Below are positions 54,298 through 56,542 of a stretch of DNA of 56,542 nucleotides, in pieces. This stretch comes from an uncultured Gammaproteobacteria bacterium (lineage in GTDB: Bacteria; Patescibacteriota; Microgenomatia; UBA1406; HO2-37-13b). The notes under the pieces are model-generated. The model had not been told where the DNA came from. It was given only the letters and a program-made list of their open reading frames with translations, and did not search any database. Positions within the stretch are counted from its first letter, which is position 1; the number at the start of each line of letters is the position of its first letter. The stretch lies in NCBI GenBank assembly GCA_964422025.1, contig CAYQYZ010000008.1:1-56542 (forward strand), given 5' to 3'. The position numbers and the translations under genes were made by a program.

Positions 54298-56340
54298 TCA
54301 ATCGATGTTCGTAGTGACTTTACGATCTCTGGAATAGAATGAACCCACCGACAGATATATGATTAAAAAAGCAAACGGAGCAAATTTCAATAAGATTAGC
54401 TGTACTTCTACATTTTCAGACATTGTTCTTATCCTTTGAGAAATAAGTGAGAATAATAAAAGAGGGTTTTTGGTCAGTTGTTGTTTATTTAGTTGATTAA
54501 CTGATCGAACGACAACTCCATCTGTAATATTTAAGTAAATATCTTCAGGTGACTCATAATTAGACAAGCTTAATTTAACATCAAACTCACGATCTTTTGA
54601 ACTTTCAATTTGTGGAAATCCAAATGGGTGCATTTTGCTGTTTCCAATTTCAGCTGGTTTATATGTTGATGTTGAATACCACTGAATTGATGAAGAGGGC
54701 TTAATTTGAAATACGAGTAATTGCGGAGTTGGGTTATATATCTTGCTATTTTCAGTTTTTGATTCATACGATAAATCTGCAGTTACAATACCGAACTTAT
54801 TTTGAGGACTCTTAATTCTCATAATAATTTCGCGGCTATTTTTAAGAGAGATCGTCTTTGTACTGGGTGCAATTTTTTGTGAAATGATTACGTCATTTCC
54901 AAAGGGCTCTTCATACGATAACAAATTGAAATTAGATTGAAAGGCAAAAAAAACGGCTAGTGAGAAAAGAGCTATAATACCCGATGTTAGCAGAGGAATT
55001 GGAAACATTTTTGATGACTCGCGAGTTTCGCCAAGAGTTATTCTTTTGTTGAAATATGGCTTTTCTAATAAATAGTAAAGCATGTATGCGATAAGAATAT
55101 TCACCGTGAGAACAAAAATAATAAAGAAAATACTGTGTATTAAGTTTGTTGGTCTATATAGCATGTGAGCCGTATCGACGATTCCTGTGTGAGAAAGATA
55201 TAGGGAATAACTTATCACGCCAAAAGACACAAGATATTTCGAACTGAAAAAACGGGAAATTGATGTTGAGGAGTCTAGAGCAAAGGCAACAAAAAGCGTT
55301 AATGGGAAGGCCGACAGCATTATAATCCAATCATTTAATCGCCCAGTTGTGGCATTAAGCGATAAGTGCGCAAGTACCATTAGAATAAAAAAGCAAGTAA
55401 AATTCGTCAAAAACTTTAATCGTCCCGAGGCAGCTTTCAATATATCCTCTCTGTGCTTGGCAATGTATCCTAAAGAAATTCCTGTCGCAAAGTACATAAA
55501 AAACGGCAAATTAAGCATATTCAGACCAAGAAGTCGTTTTGACACGTCAGTAGCAGCAGACAAAAAGGGAAGTAGACTTAAAAGGAAAAATATTTTTATG
55601 CTTTTGTTTTGACGCGAGAGTAGATTTACAAAAGGAACACAAATAATTGGGTACAAAATATAGAATAGAACTTCGCAGACCAATGTCCAATACACTCCAT
55701 TAAGCATGGGAATATATTTTCCGAGCGGTAGTGTTACTGTAGTATTTACAAGTGTGATAACTCCTTCACGCAGGTACGTTGGCCACTGTTGATTGAAAAC
55801 AATTGCAGGCTGTCGCGCGATCACAAAAACGTATAGTAACGCTGCAAATAGTTGCAATGTTATAAAACCTAGAAAAAGTATTCGGGATATAATGTGCTTA
55901 TTCAATTTCTGAACGCCGTACACCCATAATATATGGGAACATATCGCCAATGTAATCATGCTCAAGATCCGTAAAATAGGATCAAGCGCTGGTGCTATTC
56001 TATATAGCGCCATAACTAGCGTCATTGTTATAAAAAGCGGGAATATTCGGGTATATCTTTTTTGAAGAAAATCAAGAGTGTTTTTGGGATGTGGATAAAT
56101 ATACGCCATAAGAAATCCTGAAAGAATAAATAGAAGTCCAACACCAATATTTAAGCCGCTTGTAAATACTGTATTAATGACGGGTCTAATGAAAATTGGG
56201 AAAGATCCAATAATGTACTGCGAATCTATATGGTTTAAAAAGACTAAGATTATCGCTAAGCCTCGTAAACCGTCTAAGCCATTTAGTCTTTGTTTCTTTG
56301 AATCTTGGGAGGCGGATATATTGGTAAGTTGGGGCGCCAT
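54298..56340 (-). CDS. Acyltransferase-3 family (OafA/YrhL-like) membrane O-acyltransferase with C-terminal soluble domain
   Basis: LDGLRGLAI, LFFILSGFL, KRYTRIFP, WTLVCEVLFY, SYSLYLSH, LLEKP. ORF track start 56424. Confidence 0.9.
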   Translation of the reverse strand: MAPQLTNISASQDSKKQRLNGLDGLRGLAIILVFLNHIDSQYIIGSFPIFIRPVINTVFTSGLNIGVGLLFILSGFLMAYIYPHPKNTLDFLQKRYTRIFPLFITMTLVMALYRIAPALDPILRILSMITLAICSHILWVYGVQKLNKHIISRILFLGFITLQLFAALLYVFVIARQPAIVFNQQWPTYLREGVITLVNTTVTLPLGKYIPMLNGVYWTLVCEVLFYILYPIICVPFVNLLSRQNKSIKIFFLLSLLPFLSAATDVSKRLLGLNMLNLPFFMYFATGISLGYIAKHREDILKAASGRLKFLTNFTCFFILMVLAHLSLNATTGRLNDWIIMLSAFPLTLFVAFALDSSTSISRFFSSKYLVSFGVISYSLYLSHTGIVDTAHMLYRPTNLIHSIFFIIFVLTVNILIAYMLYYLLEKPYFNKRITLGETRESSKMFPIPLLTSGIIALFSLAVFFAFQSNFNLLSYEEPFGNDVIISQKIAPSTKTISLKNSREIIMRIKSPQNKFGIVTADLSYESKTENSKIYNPTPQLLVFQIKPSSSIQWYSTSTYKPAEIGNSKMHPFGFPQIESSKDREFDVKLSLSNYESPEDIYLNITDGVVVRSVNQLNKQQLTKNPLLLFSLISQRIRTMSENVEVQLILLKFAPFAFLIIYLSVGSFYSRDRKVTTNID

Positions 56341-56467
56341 GTTAGGATTTTTGTTGGAGAATATGCAATATACTGTACTATTACAGCTACTCATAATCAA
56401 TAGAAGAAAGAATATTTTTTGCAAATGACTACTATTGGCACATTCGTAGTATAATTAACTTCCATTA

Positions 56468-56541
56468 TCGGGGATCGTTCAATGGTAGGACAACGGACTC
56501 TGAATCCGTTAATCGAGGTTCGAATCCTTGTCCCCGAGCCA
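56468..56541 (+). tRNA. tRNA-Gln(CUG)
   Basis: Acceptor TCGGGGA/TCCCCGA, G73, encoded CCA, anticodon arm ACGGA-CTCTGAA-TCCGT, T-loop TTCGAAT; TATAAT at 56450-56455. Confidence 0.96.
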
Positions 56542-56542
56542 A

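Noticed and set aside
24097-56541. Integrated element or prophage bounded by two tRNA-Gln genes as attL/attR
   Set aside because: Both are complete tRNAs with different anticodons and share only the generic GGTTCGAATCCT T-arm; no integrase, phage or conjugation genes lie between them.
1-56542. Alternative genetic code (UGA = Gly, code 25) as in Gracilibacteria/Absconditabacteria
   Set aside because: Conserved proteins are full length under the standard code, and TGA ends genes at expected positions (e.g. ATGA overlaps at secD/secF and murT/gatD).

Overview
A 56.5 kb, AT-rich, very compact bacterial chromosomal segment read with the standard code (TGA acts as stop). The gene content points, by inference, to a Patescibacteria/CPR (Microgenomates-like) organism: DUF4012, DUF3048, DUF4446 and DUF2130-like proteins, short SecD/SecF, archaeal-type AspRS, a VirD4/HerA-like ATPase, Cys-rich repeat proteins and MurT/GatD. 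The left 24 kb is mostly core genes (gap, rplY, secDF, pseudouridine synthase, cyclophilin, cca, recJ, aspS, gltX, era, tRNA-Gln-UUG) plus a RelE-type toxin-antitoxin pair. The right 32 kb, ending at tRNA-Gln-CUG, is a dense run of small metabolic, stress, transport and envelope genes. I found no integrase, transposase, rRNA or CRISPR array. Features outside the ORF track: a ~182-nt rod-folding RNA after tRNA-Gln that fits a 6S RNA and has an alternative fold; a promoter / 12-codon leader / terminator attenuator-like unit directly before an orphan disordered protein; a Doc toxin with a 44-aa antitoxin bracketed by REP-like palindromes; a 48-aa DUF5679-like zinc-ribbon gene; a ~95-nt rod hairpin before a beta-CASP RNase; and -10 boxes 5-10 nt from start codons across the window, suggesting mostly leaderless mRNAs. 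All family assignments come from motif recognition, not database searches, and RNA folds were paired by hand.
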